Origin: an uncultured Poribacteria bacterium
GTDB lineage: Bacteria; Poribacteria; WGA-4E; WGA-3G
Reading direction: 5' to 3'
Length of the DNA: 64,000 nt
NCBI GenBank assembly: GCA_951813565.1
Contig: OX638351.1
Location: 544,001 to 608,000 of the forward strand
Below are positions 30,426 through 40,837 of this stretch, one piece after another; the first letter of the stretch is position 1, and every line of letters starts with the position of its first letter. The notes under the pieces were generated by a model. The model did not search any database and was not told where the DNA came from. It was given only the letters and a program-made list of their open reading frames with translations. Both the position numbers and the translations under genes were made by a program.

Positions 30426-32033
30426 ATGGAAGCCAAAACAAGAAGTAGAATGATCATGGTGGCGAGTTGGCTGATTATTATCGGTATAATCGGACTGGCT
30501 TACAAGTTCCTTGTTGAACCTCGCCTTAGTGGTAGACGCACCAAACTCGTTGAAAAAACCAGTACGCAGCGTTATGATCACGAGATTAAAGTGGCACATG
30601 ACTCTTTTCCCGGATACGCCATTCTTCGGTCAGACGCTGTGAAGAATCTGCTTGATCGGCAATCAATTAAGCTTACCTTTGTTGATGATAAAGCAGATTA
30701 CGTGAGGCGAGCGCGCGATCTGAAAAGTGGTAAGGTACAGATGGCGGTCTTTACCGTTGATGCTTACCTTAAAGCGGGTAGTGTTATCGGTGATTTTCCT
30801 GGTTCGATTGTTCTCGTCATAGATGAATCCAAAGGGGCAGATGCGATTGTTGCACATAAGCGGGGTGTGCCAACCATCCCAAATTTGAGTAATCCGAAGG
30901 CGCGTATTGTGCTAACGCCAGATTCCCCGAGCGAAACGCTTGCACGAATTATGATTAACACGATGAGCCTGCCGAGTCTTCCTACTTCTTGGGCATCCGA
31001 TGCAGACGGTGCTGAGGATGTCTATAAGAAACTAAAATCTGCAGATCCAGATGAACCCTCTGCTTACGTTTTGTGGGAACCCTATGTAACGAAGGCACTG
31101 GCGATTGAGGGTGTACATCTTTTGTTAGACAGTTCGAAACTGAAAGGTTATATCGTTGATGTGTTAGTCGTCCAACGTGAATTTTTAGATTCGCAACGTG
31201 AGCTTGTTACACATGTTGTGCAGGCGTACCTCCGAGCAAACTACGACTACACTAACCAACCTGATGGATTGTTCACCTTGATTGAAGCGGATGCTAAGCA
31301 GTACGGCGATGCGCTCAGTCGAAATGAAGCAAGTCAATTGGTTAAAGGTATTGAATGGCGGAACACCGTTGAAAATTACGCGCATTTCGGGGTGATTTCT
31401 GGTGCGGAAGCAAAAGAATCTGAGAAACTTGAAACGATGATTGCGAAGATTGTGCAAGTACTCGTCAAGACAAATTCACTTTCAGCAGACCCGCTGGAAG
31501 GGAATTACGGAGACCTATTCTTTGAAGGCATTTTGCGTTCACTTCACCACGATAAATTTCATCCCGGTGTGTTAAACGCAGGTGGCACAGATGGATTAGA
31601 CGATATTTTTGTTGATACAGCACCTGTTATAGAAGAGGAAGTTCGGGAAGAGGCTGCGTTGAATCCTCTATCTGACACAAATTGGAACACGCTTGCTCCT
31701 GTGGCAGCGATGAAAATAGAACCGATCCAATTCGGTAGGGGAAACGCTCGAATTCTTCCCGGTAGCCAACGCGCACTTGCTGACATTGCATCAAATTTAA
31801 AATCTTTTCCACAGTATTATCTCAGAGTTGTTGGACATACGCGGAAGGAAGGGGATCCAGCAGCAAATAAGATTCTCGCTACACAACGTGCTGAGGCAGC
31901 TGCCAAGGCACTCAGGCAATTGGGCATCAAGAGCCATAGAATCCGTGCTATTGCGAGTACCCGAACCTCTGCAAAGATGCAAGGAGGCGCAGCACAAAGC
32001 GTTACGTTTGAACTTTTGGGAAAACCTTATTAA
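30426..32033 (+). CDS. Membrane-anchored periplasmic-binding-protein + OmpA-like domain fusion
   Basis: N-terminal TM, DSFPGY, IDESKGADAIVA, LWEPYV, IVDVLVV; C-terminal VVGHT..NKILATQRAEA. Confidence 0.82.
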   Translation: MEAKTRSRMIMVASWLIIIGIIGLAYKFLVEPRLSGRRTKLVEKTSTQRYDHEIKVAHDSFPGYAILRSDAVKNLLDRQSIKLTFVDDKADYVRRARDLKSGKVQMAVFTVDAYLKAGSVIGDFPGSIVLVIDESKGADAIVAHKRGVPTIPNLSNPKARIVLTPDSPSETLARIMINTMSLPSLPTSWASDADGAEDVYKKLKSADPDEPSAYVLWEPYVTKALAIEGVHLLLDSSKLKGYIVDVLVVQREFLDSQRELVTHVVQAYLRANYDYTNQPDGLFTLIEADAKQYGDALSRNEASQLVKGIEWRNTVENYAHFGVISGAEAKESEKLETMIAKIVQVLVKTNSLSADPLEGNYGDLFFEGILRSLHHDKFHPGVLNAGGTDGLDDIFVDTAPVIEEEVREEAALNPLSDTNWNTLAPVAAMKIEPIQFGRGNARILPGSQRALADIASNLKSFPQYYLRVVGHTRKEGDPAANKILATQRAEAAAKALRQLGIKSHRIRAIASTRTSAKMQGGAAQSVTFELLGKPY

Positions 32034-32169
32034 GAAGTACGTGATTCACGGGTCTAAAGAAATCGGGCTTACAAAGCCCTCCAACAAGAGTCCGTTTAAT
32101 TTTACAATATTGTCTATTTGTTGCTTATTTCATTATAAATACCGAAGCCGTTATTAGGAGGACAGAAAC

Positions 32170-33048
32170 ATGTCGGTTAACAAAAAGGAAAAAAATAAAA
32201 CAAACCACCGTTTCTCACGCCGTGCCTTTATCAAAAGTTCTGTAGGACTGGCGACTGCCTCAGTCGCCGGTGGGGGATTGCTTCGGTCCGCGAAGGCACA
32301 GTCCCAATTTGGGGAATATATCCCTTACGATTCTGCACGCGATTATCACTACAGTTCACGCTACGACAGGGGTGAAATCATTGAACACCATCATCCGGGA
32401 ACAGAGTCGACAGGTGAAAAATTCACATTTGTTCGTCTCAAATATCCGGGTGGCGATTGGTGGACTAATCTTGTTAACGTTTATCGCTGGCAGTCGGACC
32501 TAAAATTTACGCAAGTACTCGCCGAGTATACCGCAATTGATGTAGACCTGCGTAACCATCCACAATACGTTGACATTGACGATTCCTGGCTTTTTTCTTA
32601 TCCGTTTCTCTATATGACAGGACACGGCAGAACTCCGCGCGGGCTACAACTTTCTGATGCACATGTGCGTAAGTTGAGAGAATACTTTGAACGCGGAGGT
32701 TTTCTCCATGTTGAGGATTGCGACATCCGCTACAATCGGTTCTGGCCGCAAATCAAAACGATGATGAAACGAATATATCCCGAAAAGAAGTTTGAACGGC
32801 TGGATATGAGCCATTCGATTTATCATACGCTCTACCCACATGACGATTATCTTGGTGGTGATAAACTTGTTCGGGGTTTTGATTATGATCAGGCTATCAT
32901 GGATGATGACAAGGTGATGGTCTACTTCTGCCCCAGTGATTTAAATTGTGCGTGGGAAGGAAGAAGATGTAGTCCCGGTGGTGAGGAACAACGGCTTTGG
33001 GCGTTTGAGCAGGGCATGAATGTTGTGGCGTATGCCCTTACGCGATAA
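32170..33048 (+). CDS. Tat-exported DUF4159 family protein
   Basis: SRRAFIK twin-arginine signal; FVRLKY.GGDW, YPFLYMTGHG, LREYFERGGFL, DLNCAWE, GMNVVAYALT. Confidence 0.85.
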   Translation: MSVNKKEKNKTNHRFSRRAFIKSSVGLATASVAGGGLLRSAKAQSQFGEYIPYDSARDYHYSSRYDRGEIIEHHHPGTESTGEKFTFVRLKYPGGDWWTNLVNVYRWQSDLKFTQVLAEYTAIDVDLRNHPQYVDIDDSWLFSYPFLYMTGHGRTPRGLQLSDAHVRKLREYFERGGFLHVEDCDIRYNRFWPQIKTMMKRIYPEKKFERLDMSHSIYHTLYPHDDYLGGDKLVRGFDYDQAIMDDDKVMVYFCPSDLNCAWEGRRCSPGGEEQRLWAFEQGMNVVAYALTR

Positions 33049-33094
33049 TTTGTAGTCAAATCTAAACAAACGTGAGTTTGATAAATCCCGTAGG

Positions 33095-33282
33095 GAATCA
33101 ACACCGAATGCGCCTATGGCATTCGGTGAGGTAGAACGGAAATGGACAATAAAAACAGACCTTAAAGAGAGGTAGTTGAGCTATTTTAGGTCGATATTTC
33201 CGAAAAAATAAGTGAAATTCAACTCTTTAGGACTCTCAAGACGGTTGAATTGTTGGGTTTCGCTGCGCTCTATCCAACCTAC
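33095..33282. repeat. REP-like elements with a micro-element variant
   Basis: aatcaa-caccgaatgc-gcctatg-gcattcggtg at about 33096-33128; gttgggtttcgctgcgctctatccaacctac 33252-33282 (copy of 7523-7554). Confidence 0.65.
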
Positions 33283-33333
33283 GGTTATACTATAATTTTT
33301 TGAACTGTGCCTTTTTTATGTACGCTTACCTGT

Positions 33334-34554
33334 CTATGGAAGTTGTGCTAAAAGTTTTTCTCGGAAACGTTCATAAGCAAGGTTTGCCCCTGCAATGTTA
33401 CCTGAAGCGGGACCAATTTGAAGCTGCGCAACCGTGCCTGAACCCAACAGATTCTCGATTGGGTAGAATTGTAGGTTGATATCAAGTTTTGGAAGACCAC
33501 AAACAGGCGGGATAGGGTACTGCCTAATTAATTCCCTCAAAAACCCATAGCGGCGAAGGTTAAATTTATATCCTGTTGCAAGGATAATACGAGATATATC
33601 CGTAATCACACCGCGTGTCGTTTCAACTTGTAGTAAGCCTTGTGTCGAGACGATACTACAGATATGTGTCTCAGGACAGATACTGATGTTTGCACTATTC
33701 TCCAGTGTTTCCATCACGTCCGGGGTGATGCTGCCTTCACCTCTGTTTTCTTTAATTATTTGGTACCGCCGTTGTAAATCGGTCTCGCTTGCAAATTCTG
33801 CAAGTGCTTTGGGGCCTAACCAAATCGGTGGAAAATCGAACTGCTCTGTTTTTAACTGCTTCCTTGCAATTAGCACCACGTGATGTCCCCGTTCACTAAG
33901 GCTTCTTGCAAGCGTTCCTGCTGTCAATCCACCCCCAACTATCACAATTTTACCACTATCTTCTTGTCCTTGTTTGCAATTCACCGAAAATTGCGATGCG
34001 TGTACAATCCTGTCTGAATATCTGCGTTGCCATTCAGCAAACTCTGGTGGCACGTACGCACAATCTATCGCTCCGATAGCAAGAATAACACAACTACTCC
34101 GAAACCCTGCATTGTCAGTTGAAATCAAACGGAAAGGGTATTTTCCTGCACCTTTGTCCCACCGTAATTTAGCCACTTCAAACTGATAGTAGATAGGATA
34201 TTTTGTGAGTTCAGCAAGCGCACCATTGCAGAAATCCCAAAAAAGTTCGGTAGAAGGTTGAGAATATGGCGGTGCTAATTCATGCGTTCGGTTGTGGCGT
34301 TCAGCATATTCAACGATACCTAATGGATCGGGGGTAAGGTGATGCACTGCTGGGGATCGTAGAAACGTCATGCCTTGGCGTTCCGTTTTCAGCCGCCATT
34401 CAGTGAGCGGTTGTGGATGCCGATCTACGATTGCAATGTGTCTCGCTGCTGTTGGCACGTCGCGTAGCAGTCGGAGGGCTATAGAGATGCCGTGAATGCC
34501 GCCACCGACGATGGTAATCGGGATGTTTCGGTGTGCTAAATTTTTCATATTCAC
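33334..34554 (-). CDS. FAD/NAD(P)-dependent oxidoreductase (monooxygenase-like)
   Basis: IVGGGIHG, LRSPAVHH, IVGGGLTA, ILATGY, GPASGNIAGA. Confidence 0.82.
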   Translation of the reverse strand: MNMKNLAHRNIPITIVGGGIHGISIALRLLRDVPTAARHIAIVDRHPQPLTEWRLKTERQGMTFLRSPAVHHLTPDPLGIVEYAERHNRTHELAPPYSQPSTELFWDFCNGALAELTKYPIYYQFEVAKLRWDKGAGKYPFRLISTDNAGFRSSCVILAIGAIDCAYVPPEFAEWQRRYSDRIVHASQFSVNCKQGQEDSGKIVIVGGGLTAGTLARSLSERGHHVVLIARKQLKTEQFDFPPIWLGPKALAEFASETDLQRRYQIIKENRGEGSITPDVMETLENSANISICPETHICSIVSTQGLLQVETTRGVITDISRIILATGYKFNLRRYGFLRELIRQYPIPPVCGLPKLDINLQFYPIENLLGSGTVAQLQIGPASGNIAGANLAYERFREKLLAQLP

Positions 34555-34565
34555 ACCACAAAGAC

Positions 34566-35552
34566 TTAATCTGTAAATGGTCCGGGCAGGTGAACGCTTT
34601 TTAGCGCAAAGGTCTGTGTTTGAAATGTATCGGTAGCGCGATAACGACTGAATCTATACTGGACAACCCCAACTGATGGTGCTATCCAATAAACTGCAGG
34701 CGGGCTTATTAGGCGAATTGACGGATCATCGCTGACGCCGTAAACGACCTCCTCGTAAACAACATAAGTATTGTAACTCCCTGCGGGTACGGTGACTTGT
34801 ACGTCCTTTTCTGCGACAAAGCGGGTAGCAGATACTGGTATTCCTGCGGTTTTTTCAAAAACAACCCATTCCTTTCCGACTTCTAACGGAAAATCCCATA
34901 GACGACGTGGCGGAAAATGTTTTTGGTGAAATACCGGATTTTGAGCCGAAAGAAAGGCATCATACGCGGATTCTACCAACGCTTGCGGGGTTTTTGTAAA
35001 GTAGGTTGCCAAAATCGGGGGAGTTCCGGGATAAAAATCGGTCTCAAAGAATCTAAAGTAATATGCGTTTGCTGCCAGGTGGTCAAATATAAAGAAATTG
35101 TCTTCTTCAGGTTCGACAAGGCTGATTTCGCTGATGGCCATCTGCCGATGTGTTGTTCCGCTGATGTCGCGTGTGCCTCTAACGCGGAGCGTGAATTCCT
35201 GTTCGGTATCAACGTTGATGTATGTCCATGCCGATCCTGTATCTGTTGGGAAATCAATAGCCCGTAACGTCCCAGTTGTATCGGGAGGTGGTAGTTTGGT
35301 CTCACCGTGTGGATCAATAAGACCCTCATCACCACAACTACAGAGAAGTAGTAAGAAAAGGACAATCGGAATAGCAGCCATCCATCGGAAACCATCGGTT
35401 TTCAGCAGTTGGCTGTTGGAAAAAGAGGTTTTCTGTTTATGCGACTCTTCTTTTTGATTATTGACGACTGTAGATTGTCGGTTAGTCCTACAGATAGTCC
35501 CATCTACTGATTGCTGATTACTGGTTACTGATTGCTGATTACTCTTCATCAT
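34566..35552 (-). CDS. Hypothetical lipoprotein with repeat-derived N-terminal extension
   Basis: Lipobox LCSC; FPTDTGSAWTY, FPLEVGKEW, VTVPAGSY, WIAPSVGVV beta-rich motifs. Confidence 0.75.
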   Translation of the reverse strand: MMKSNQQSVTSNQQSVDGTICRTNRQSTVVNNQKEESHKQKTSFSNSQLLKTDGFRWMAAIPIVLFLLLLCSCGDEGLIDPHGETKLPPPDTTGTLRAIDFPTDTGSAWTYINVDTEQEFTLRVRGTRDISGTTHRQMAISEISLVEPEEDNFFIFDHLAANAYYFRFFETDFYPGTPPILATYFTKTPQALVESAYDAFLSAQNPVFHQKHFPPRRLWDFPLEVGKEWVVFEKTAGIPVSATRFVAEKDVQVTVPAGSYNTYVVYEEVVYGVSDDPSIRLISPPAVYWIAPSVGVVQYRFSRYRATDTFQTQTFALKSVHLPGPFTD

Positions 35553-38149
35553 TTCACCACAGAGAATTTCCCAGTACTTTGGAACCCGTTTCCATCAGTA
35601 GCACGGAAAAAGTATAGGCCGGCACAAACTTTTTCGCCGCGTTGGTTTGTGCAATCCCAATTGGATGCATTATTAATTACCTTAATTCGATTCCCCAATA
35701 TATCGTAAATTTCAACTTTTAATCCTCTTGGATAAAAGGTTAGATGTTGGCTTCCTTGTGCTGCACGAAGCGGGTTAGGTGAAACCGATACGTTTCGATT
35801 TGTGTTATTCGCAACATAGTTGAAGATTCGCCCTTGCCAAATTTGATTTCCTGTTATACCAGTAGGTGTTTGTCCGCTAATTTTATAGAGATAGATGCCT
35901 GTCAATGGAAATCCGTTTGTGCGCAAGGTTCCGCGCCATTTTGTCTCTGATTCTTGCGTCAAAATGACGGTATAGTTGTCTCTGTTAGGACTTTCTACCA
36001 ACAACTGTGGCGCACTTTGCAGCGGGCGTGTGCTTTGGACTTCAACATGCCATTCACCTGTGTGATGTGGTTGTGTAGTAATGAAGAATGCAGGTGCCTC
36101 GTTTGCTGTATCTGTGATCGGTGTAATACTATCTGGCACAATGCTTGGATTTCCCATAATGCCTATCGCGTTGACAGGCACAACCGCATAGTAATAATGA
36201 ACATCATTTGGATCAGTATCCAGATCAATATCTTGGAAGACGGTGGTATCTTCAAACTGTGTTTGCGTAACGTCTACTCGTCCAACGATTGCGATATCGT
36301 TTTCAGGGATACCGTTACCGTCGCTGTCGCGAGCAGCGAGGACTGCATCAGAATTTTGAAAAGGTTGGGGCACATCCGTTTCACTTTCCAGTTCATAGCG
36401 TTTTCTCACGATTACGACTTCCCGAATATCGGTCGGGTTGTCAAACGTCCATTTGATAACGGGGCCTCTGATGCCTTGCGAGACTTGAGCATTTGAGAGT
36501 TGCCCCTTCGGTGGTGCACCAGCCATATAACTCACGGAACCGCCAAAAGTACCACCAGGAATTATAACCTGTTCAACATCGGGATGCATATTGATAAGAA
36601 TGAGTGTAATTTCCTGTATATCCCCACCGAAATCTGAGAACGTCATCTGCGCTTCTTGGGAACGTTGGTAGGTAAACGCTTCTCTTATCTCGGTGCTACC
36701 ATTCCGTTTTTTGACGATAAATTTGGCAGCCCATCCACGCAGCCCTATAAATGTGTGCCGATTCAGTTCTGCCTGAATTCTTGTTTGGTCGGTTTGTGTT
36801 AAGTTACGCATATCTATCGGTGCAAGGTCTGCGCCATCTATTTTGACAGCGAATTCTGGCATAATCTCAGTGGGACGAAAGACAATATACCGACAAGAAA
36901 AATGTTCTGGCATTGCTTCTGAATTGAAATCAGCACGAATCGGATAGTGGGTGTGGACATCGTTAGGATGAATGGCAACAGGGGGAAATCGATCCGCGTT
37001 CCTATAACCCGGAAGTTCGCTGTTTGTATAGGCGCGGGTATGTGTGAAATAGTTCCATACTGTGAAGGTTTTGAATGCTTCTGCAAGCGTAGTGCCATTA
37101 TCAATAAAAACGTCGTAGAAGTTGCCCATTTCACGATAGCTACCATCCGTGGCGTTTACAAAAAATTGCCGGATGATGTCGTAACCAAACCTTTGTGCCA
37201 TATACAGGGACCATATTACCGAACCGTACTCGTGATCCCCGATGCGGCTCTCAAGTGAAATATCTGGAATAAGAAACCAGCGGCGGAGTTGGTGGATGTA
37301 GTAGTTGTAGGAATTAGTTTCGTTGAGTTCGTCAGGGTCGTGGAGCGTATCGCCATCGTCAATAACACCGCCATCGTAGGTCATCACCTCTATCCACGTT
37401 GCGGATGCTTCCATGAACCATGTCGGCATATAGGCGTTATAACCGAATTGAATTCCGTGCAGGAATTCATGTGCGCAAGTTGTTTCAAGATAACGGATAC
37501 CTTCTGCTTTTCCAACATAATCGTAAATACGGGAGTTGATCATGAAGTAGGGGGCAACTGTCAATGCAGTGGATAATACGCGACCTTCAAACCAGTCTGC
37601 AGTTGTGATACCAAGTGCGGGGAATGTAAAGAGATATACATCCATTTTATGGTTGCCACCGTTCTGTGCCGCCCAAAAATCAATGTAAGGCTTTTTGAAT
37701 CCCATCAGGTCAATTTGAACGTGATAAGAGCGTTCCATTGCATCCGCACAGAGGTCAATATAATCGGGTACACCGTTGCGTGGGTGAAAATCCTCAAGCG
37801 GAGGTGCATGCGGTCCGATGCGCGTGTAGTGGAGCCTAAAGTGTGGCGTATTGAAATGTTCTGATAATTCAATATCCCCGAAAAAACTACCGGGGAGTCC
37901 AGGACGTAAAAAAATGGGCTTAAGTTCCTGCCGATATTTTGAAGGTAAGTTTTGCCAATTTTTTGCGAGCGTTACAAAACTATCGGTTGCGCATTCCGTT
38001 ATTTCGTTTGGAGTGTACCTCGATTTGAGATGGGTAAATTTACGAGCGGTTTGGATTGCATTTTGGAGTTCTGCATCTGGGGGGAGTGCATTTGCGACAG
38101 ATAGAAATGACACAAAGAATAGGAAAATTGGAATATAGAATGATTTCAT
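35549..38149 (-). CDS. Secreted HExxH metallopeptidase-like protein (MXAN_6640-like) with T9SS/FlgD-like C-terminal domain
   Basis: Start 38149 MKSFYIPIFL signal peptide; HFRLHYT, TCAHEFLHGIQFGY, WFMEASATW; SPNP..VEIYDILG..WDCTNQRGEKVCAGLYF..GKFSVVK. Confidence 0.8.
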   Translation of the reverse strand: MKSFYIPIFLFFVSFLSVANALPPDAELQNAIQTARKFTHLKSRYTPNEITECATDSFVTLAKNWQNLPSKYRQELKPIFLRPGLPGSFFGDIELSEHFNTPHFRLHYTRIGPHAPPLEDFHPRNGVPDYIDLCADAMERSYHVQIDLMGFKKPYIDFWAAQNGGNHKMDVYLFTFPALGITTADWFEGRVLSTALTVAPYFMINSRIYDYVGKAEGIRYLETTCAHEFLHGIQFGYNAYMPTWFMEASATWIEVMTYDGGVIDDGDTLHDPDELNETNSYNYYIHQLRRWFLIPDISLESRIGDHEYGSVIWSLYMAQRFGYDIIRQFFVNATDGSYREMGNFYDVFIDNGTTLAEAFKTFTVWNYFTHTRAYTNSELPGYRNADRFPPVAIHPNDVHTHYPIRADFNSEAMPEHFSCRYIVFRPTEIMPEFAVKIDGADLAPIDMRNLTQTDQTRIQAELNRHTFIGLRGWAAKFIVKKRNGSTEIREAFTYQRSQEAQMTFSDFGGDIQEITLILINMHPDVEQVIIPGGTFGGSVSYMAGAPPKGQLSNAQVSQGIRGPVIKWTFDNPTDIREVVIVRKRYELESETDVPQPFQNSDAVLAARDSDGNGIPENDIAIVGRVDVTQTQFEDTTVFQDIDLDTDPNDVHYYYAVVPVNAIGIMGNPSIVPDSITPITDTANEAPAFFITTQPHHTGEWHVEVQSTRPLQSAPQLLVESPNRDNYTVILTQESETKWRGTLRTNGFPLTGIYLYKISGQTPTGITGNQIWQGRIFNYVANNTNRNVSVSPNPLRAAQGSQHLTFYPRGLKVEIYDILGNRIKVINNASNWDCTNQRGEKVCAGLYFFRATDGNGFQSTGKFSVVK

Positions 38150-38277
38150 TTTGGTAATGTGGTATGTGTTAATTATTTTCGAATTTAGTAGTTTGACTCG
38201 GTTATTCCGGAAAATCGCGCATGAATTTAACCGTGCGCGATTGTTTATGTAGTTACTGTGTGGGGGATCAACGTGTT

Positions 38278-39051
38278 TCAAAGGCACATGTCAATATAAC
38301 TTAATATGTTTGCATAATTTTCATTTATGCCTATGAAATATTCATTGCATACATGACTGAAACGTTGTAACACACTGGCACTTGGCTTTTTTCTACCTTC
38401 AAATATTCCTAACGGACGATATTCAACCCCCAATGCGTTGAACTGATGCAGAGCAATCGTTACATCGCGAGTCTTGTTATCATTGTTAAGGGCATACGCA
38501 AAAATGGGATCTTTGTCGTCACAAGCAATTTTGCAATCTACTTTATAAATGGCTTTATTATCATGGTCTAAATCATACCAATCAAAGAATACATTATCAG
38601 GGTCAACGTTATCAAGCATGAGGCTGCGGAAATTTTGCACAAATGGAGATTTTGTTTGAACTTTAGACAAGTAAGATATATCTGTTATCTTCAGAATAGA
38701 CTGGACAAAATCATAAAAGGCATCGCCGAAGTTTCTATCTGATACATCTAACCTTAATTCCCCATTACGATTCTCTATATCAAACATAGTTAGGGCATTT
38801 CCAATAATTTGATTTCGAGTTCCTTTAAAAAGAAGTTTTTCATCTATTTCATAACTCATGTGTCTGAAGGTATGTCTTTCGTCTGACAGTACCCACCTGT
38901 CAGCATCTTTTTTTAGTACTATTACCAACTGATCGCCGTCATCAAACTGAAAAGGTGATAAAACGCGGTAGCGATCTTCTCCTTCTTCTACTAATCTTAT
39001 TTTAGCCCCTACCTCTGTGATAAATTTATGTTCGATATTTTTAATTGTCAT
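38278..39051 (-). CDS. DUF1828-like protein
   Basis: SPFQFDDGDQLVIVL..WVLSD..T motif; RBS GGAGG; low GC. Confidence 0.7.
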   Translation of the reverse strand: MTIKNIEHKFITEVGAKIRLVEEGEDRYRVLSPFQFDDGDQLVIVLKKDADRWVLSDERHTFRHMSYEIDEKLLFKGTRNQIIGNALTMFDIENRNGELRLDVSDRNFGDAFYDFVQSILKITDISYLSKVQTKSPFVQNFRSLMLDNVDPDNVFFDWYDLDHDNKAIYKVDCKIACDDKDPIFAYALNNDNKTRDVTIALHQFNALGVEYRPLGIFEGRKKPSASVLQRFSHVCNEYFIGINENYANILSYIDMCL

Positions 39052-39063
39052 TGTTAATACCTC

Positions 39064-39515
39064 CTAAAATAAATTTAACTGTGTATTTTGAGGCATCACA
39101 AAATTTGCATCAGCGATAAGGCAGTCAACAGTCCCTTCTACATCGGTATAGCGTTTCGTTTCCACTGCGTAAGCATCCTCTTTTTGTCCTCTTTCCTGAT
39201 ACCGCTCTGTCGCTTCGTGAATATGAAACCCTGATACCTCATTGCGTTCAATCCTATTAGTGTGAGGATTAGTCTTCCCGTTATATCGACGGATGCGGAA
39301 TACTCTCGTAGTTAACAGGTGAATTACTCCCAATATAACAGAAAAGTTAATGGATTATATTTATCTTGTCTAACATATATTCTGAAGTGGTTTCCTTTAT
39401 CACCCCTAATATCCAGATGATTTAGAGTGTATATTTGAGTGTTCCAATCTTGAGGTAAAGGTTTGCGCTCATTTATCAATGCATTTATTTCTTCATCTGT
39501 GTATATAATTGCCAT
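39064..39515 (-). pseudogene. Frameshifted partner gene of the DUF1828-like protein (DUF6978-like)
   Basis: ORFs 39324..39533 and 39064..39333 join with a 1-nt shift near 39347 to read ..YNPL(N/D)FSVILGV..RRYNGK..HTN..FHIH.ATERYQ. Confidence 0.65.
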
Positions 39516-39894
39516 AGTTAATGTCGCTACCAATAGACTTAGTGTTCTTTTTTCTTATGTGATAAACATATTAATATAGGCATTGTTACTTTTGCTATTA
39601 TATCTACCTGCCTAAAGAAATTCAAAGAAAATAAGAGAGATGGTTGTGTATAGTTTTTGTCATTGTAGGTAGCGTTTTGCACGTCCTAGTGACGTGCAAA
39701 TGTCAATCGGTACAAGGAATGTGACGTGATTTTAGTTTTTTATGTTCTTTTTGTTCTGTGGACAATTTGGATATATTTACGTCAATGTTTTGTAATAGTT
39801 ACTATAACACAAAATAATATGTTTGTCAAGAAAAATTTCTAAAGGTGATTAGTGACAATAACTTTACACTCAGGAGAGATTTAGGACAGGCATC

Positions 39895-40434
39895 CTAAGC
39901 GAAATGAGTAGGTTTGCCGTCAAGACTGACGCTGTTCTTTTCTTCCCAATATGCCTTCAAACCTTTTTTGCCTTTCTTTGTTGCCCATGTATTTAACTGC
40001 TCTCTTTCACCGACGTAGTCGTAAAGTGGTACAGCCATCCCACACGAGGTTTGAACGAGGTCGACGTTAAGATCAAAGATTTGCCTTGCACCAGGAATTG
40101 AAGGGAATAATGGAAAGAGAAGTTGCCATTCCGTATCGTCATTATGGATAGCCTTGGTGGTGCCGTAGAGTCGGAGGATCATAGGGTTATCCTCAAATGC
40201 GGTAAACATAAGCGTCATCCGCGGGTTTTCTTGAACGTGTGCTGCGGTTTCATTTCCACTTCCAGTCACGTTTAGCCAAGCGACGCGGTTCGGATTGACG
40301 ACGCGCAAGGAGTCCATGCCCTTCGGGGATAGATTGATTCTACTATCGGCTGTTGCCGTTGCAACAAAAAATATTTTTTGGTTTTCTATGAATTGCTGTA
40401 ATTTGGGTGAGATTCTTTTGTATAGTTTTGACAT
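39895..40434 (-). CDS. Pyridoxamine 5'-phosphate oxidase-like FMN-binding protein
   Basis: FFVATA..INLSPKG, TGSGNETAAH, ILRLYG, QTSCGMAVP. Confidence 0.88.
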   Translation of the reverse strand: MSKLYKRISPKLQQFIENQKIFFVATATADSRINLSPKGMDSLRVVNPNRVAWLNVTGSGNETAAHVQENPRMTLMFTAFEDNPMILRLYGTTKAIHNDDTEWQLLFPLFPSIPGARQIFDLNVDLVQTSCGMAVPLYDYVGEREQLNTWATKKGKKGLKAYWEEKNSVSLDGKPTHFA

Positions 40435-40569
40435 TGTATTGATTATTCCCAAAAACAATTTTTGTTCTTACTTTTTAAGACTATAGTTTGGACAATTCTT
40501 GTCTCGTGGAAGGTTGAATTTTAACGGAAAATCTATTTTTGGACGAGTTTCACATATCAGTGGAACATC

Positions 40570-40715
40570 GCGAAAATGCCGCACGCCAGCGGAGTGCTAT
40601 GTGAAATGAACCCACATACCGCACCCGCCAAATGCCTTGCGCGCATTTGGCGTTGATTCACGGAGCGGGGTGCTGCGTCCGATAGCTACTATAAACATAT
40701 TGCTCCTACGGAGCA
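40570..40715. repeat. REP-like cluster with inserted micro-element
   Basis: gcacgccagcggagtgc, cgccaaatgccttgcgcgcatttggcgttgatt (40626-40658), gctcctacggagc. Confidence 0.55.
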
Positions 40716-40837
40716 AAGGTATTGTTTTGGTTTTCATGTCCGGTTTCCATGTCAAGATGAACAAAAACGAAACACAACATTCAAAATTGAATGCTTTTAT
40801 CAAACTCATGTTAGGGTTAATAAATTGAAGTCAGCAT

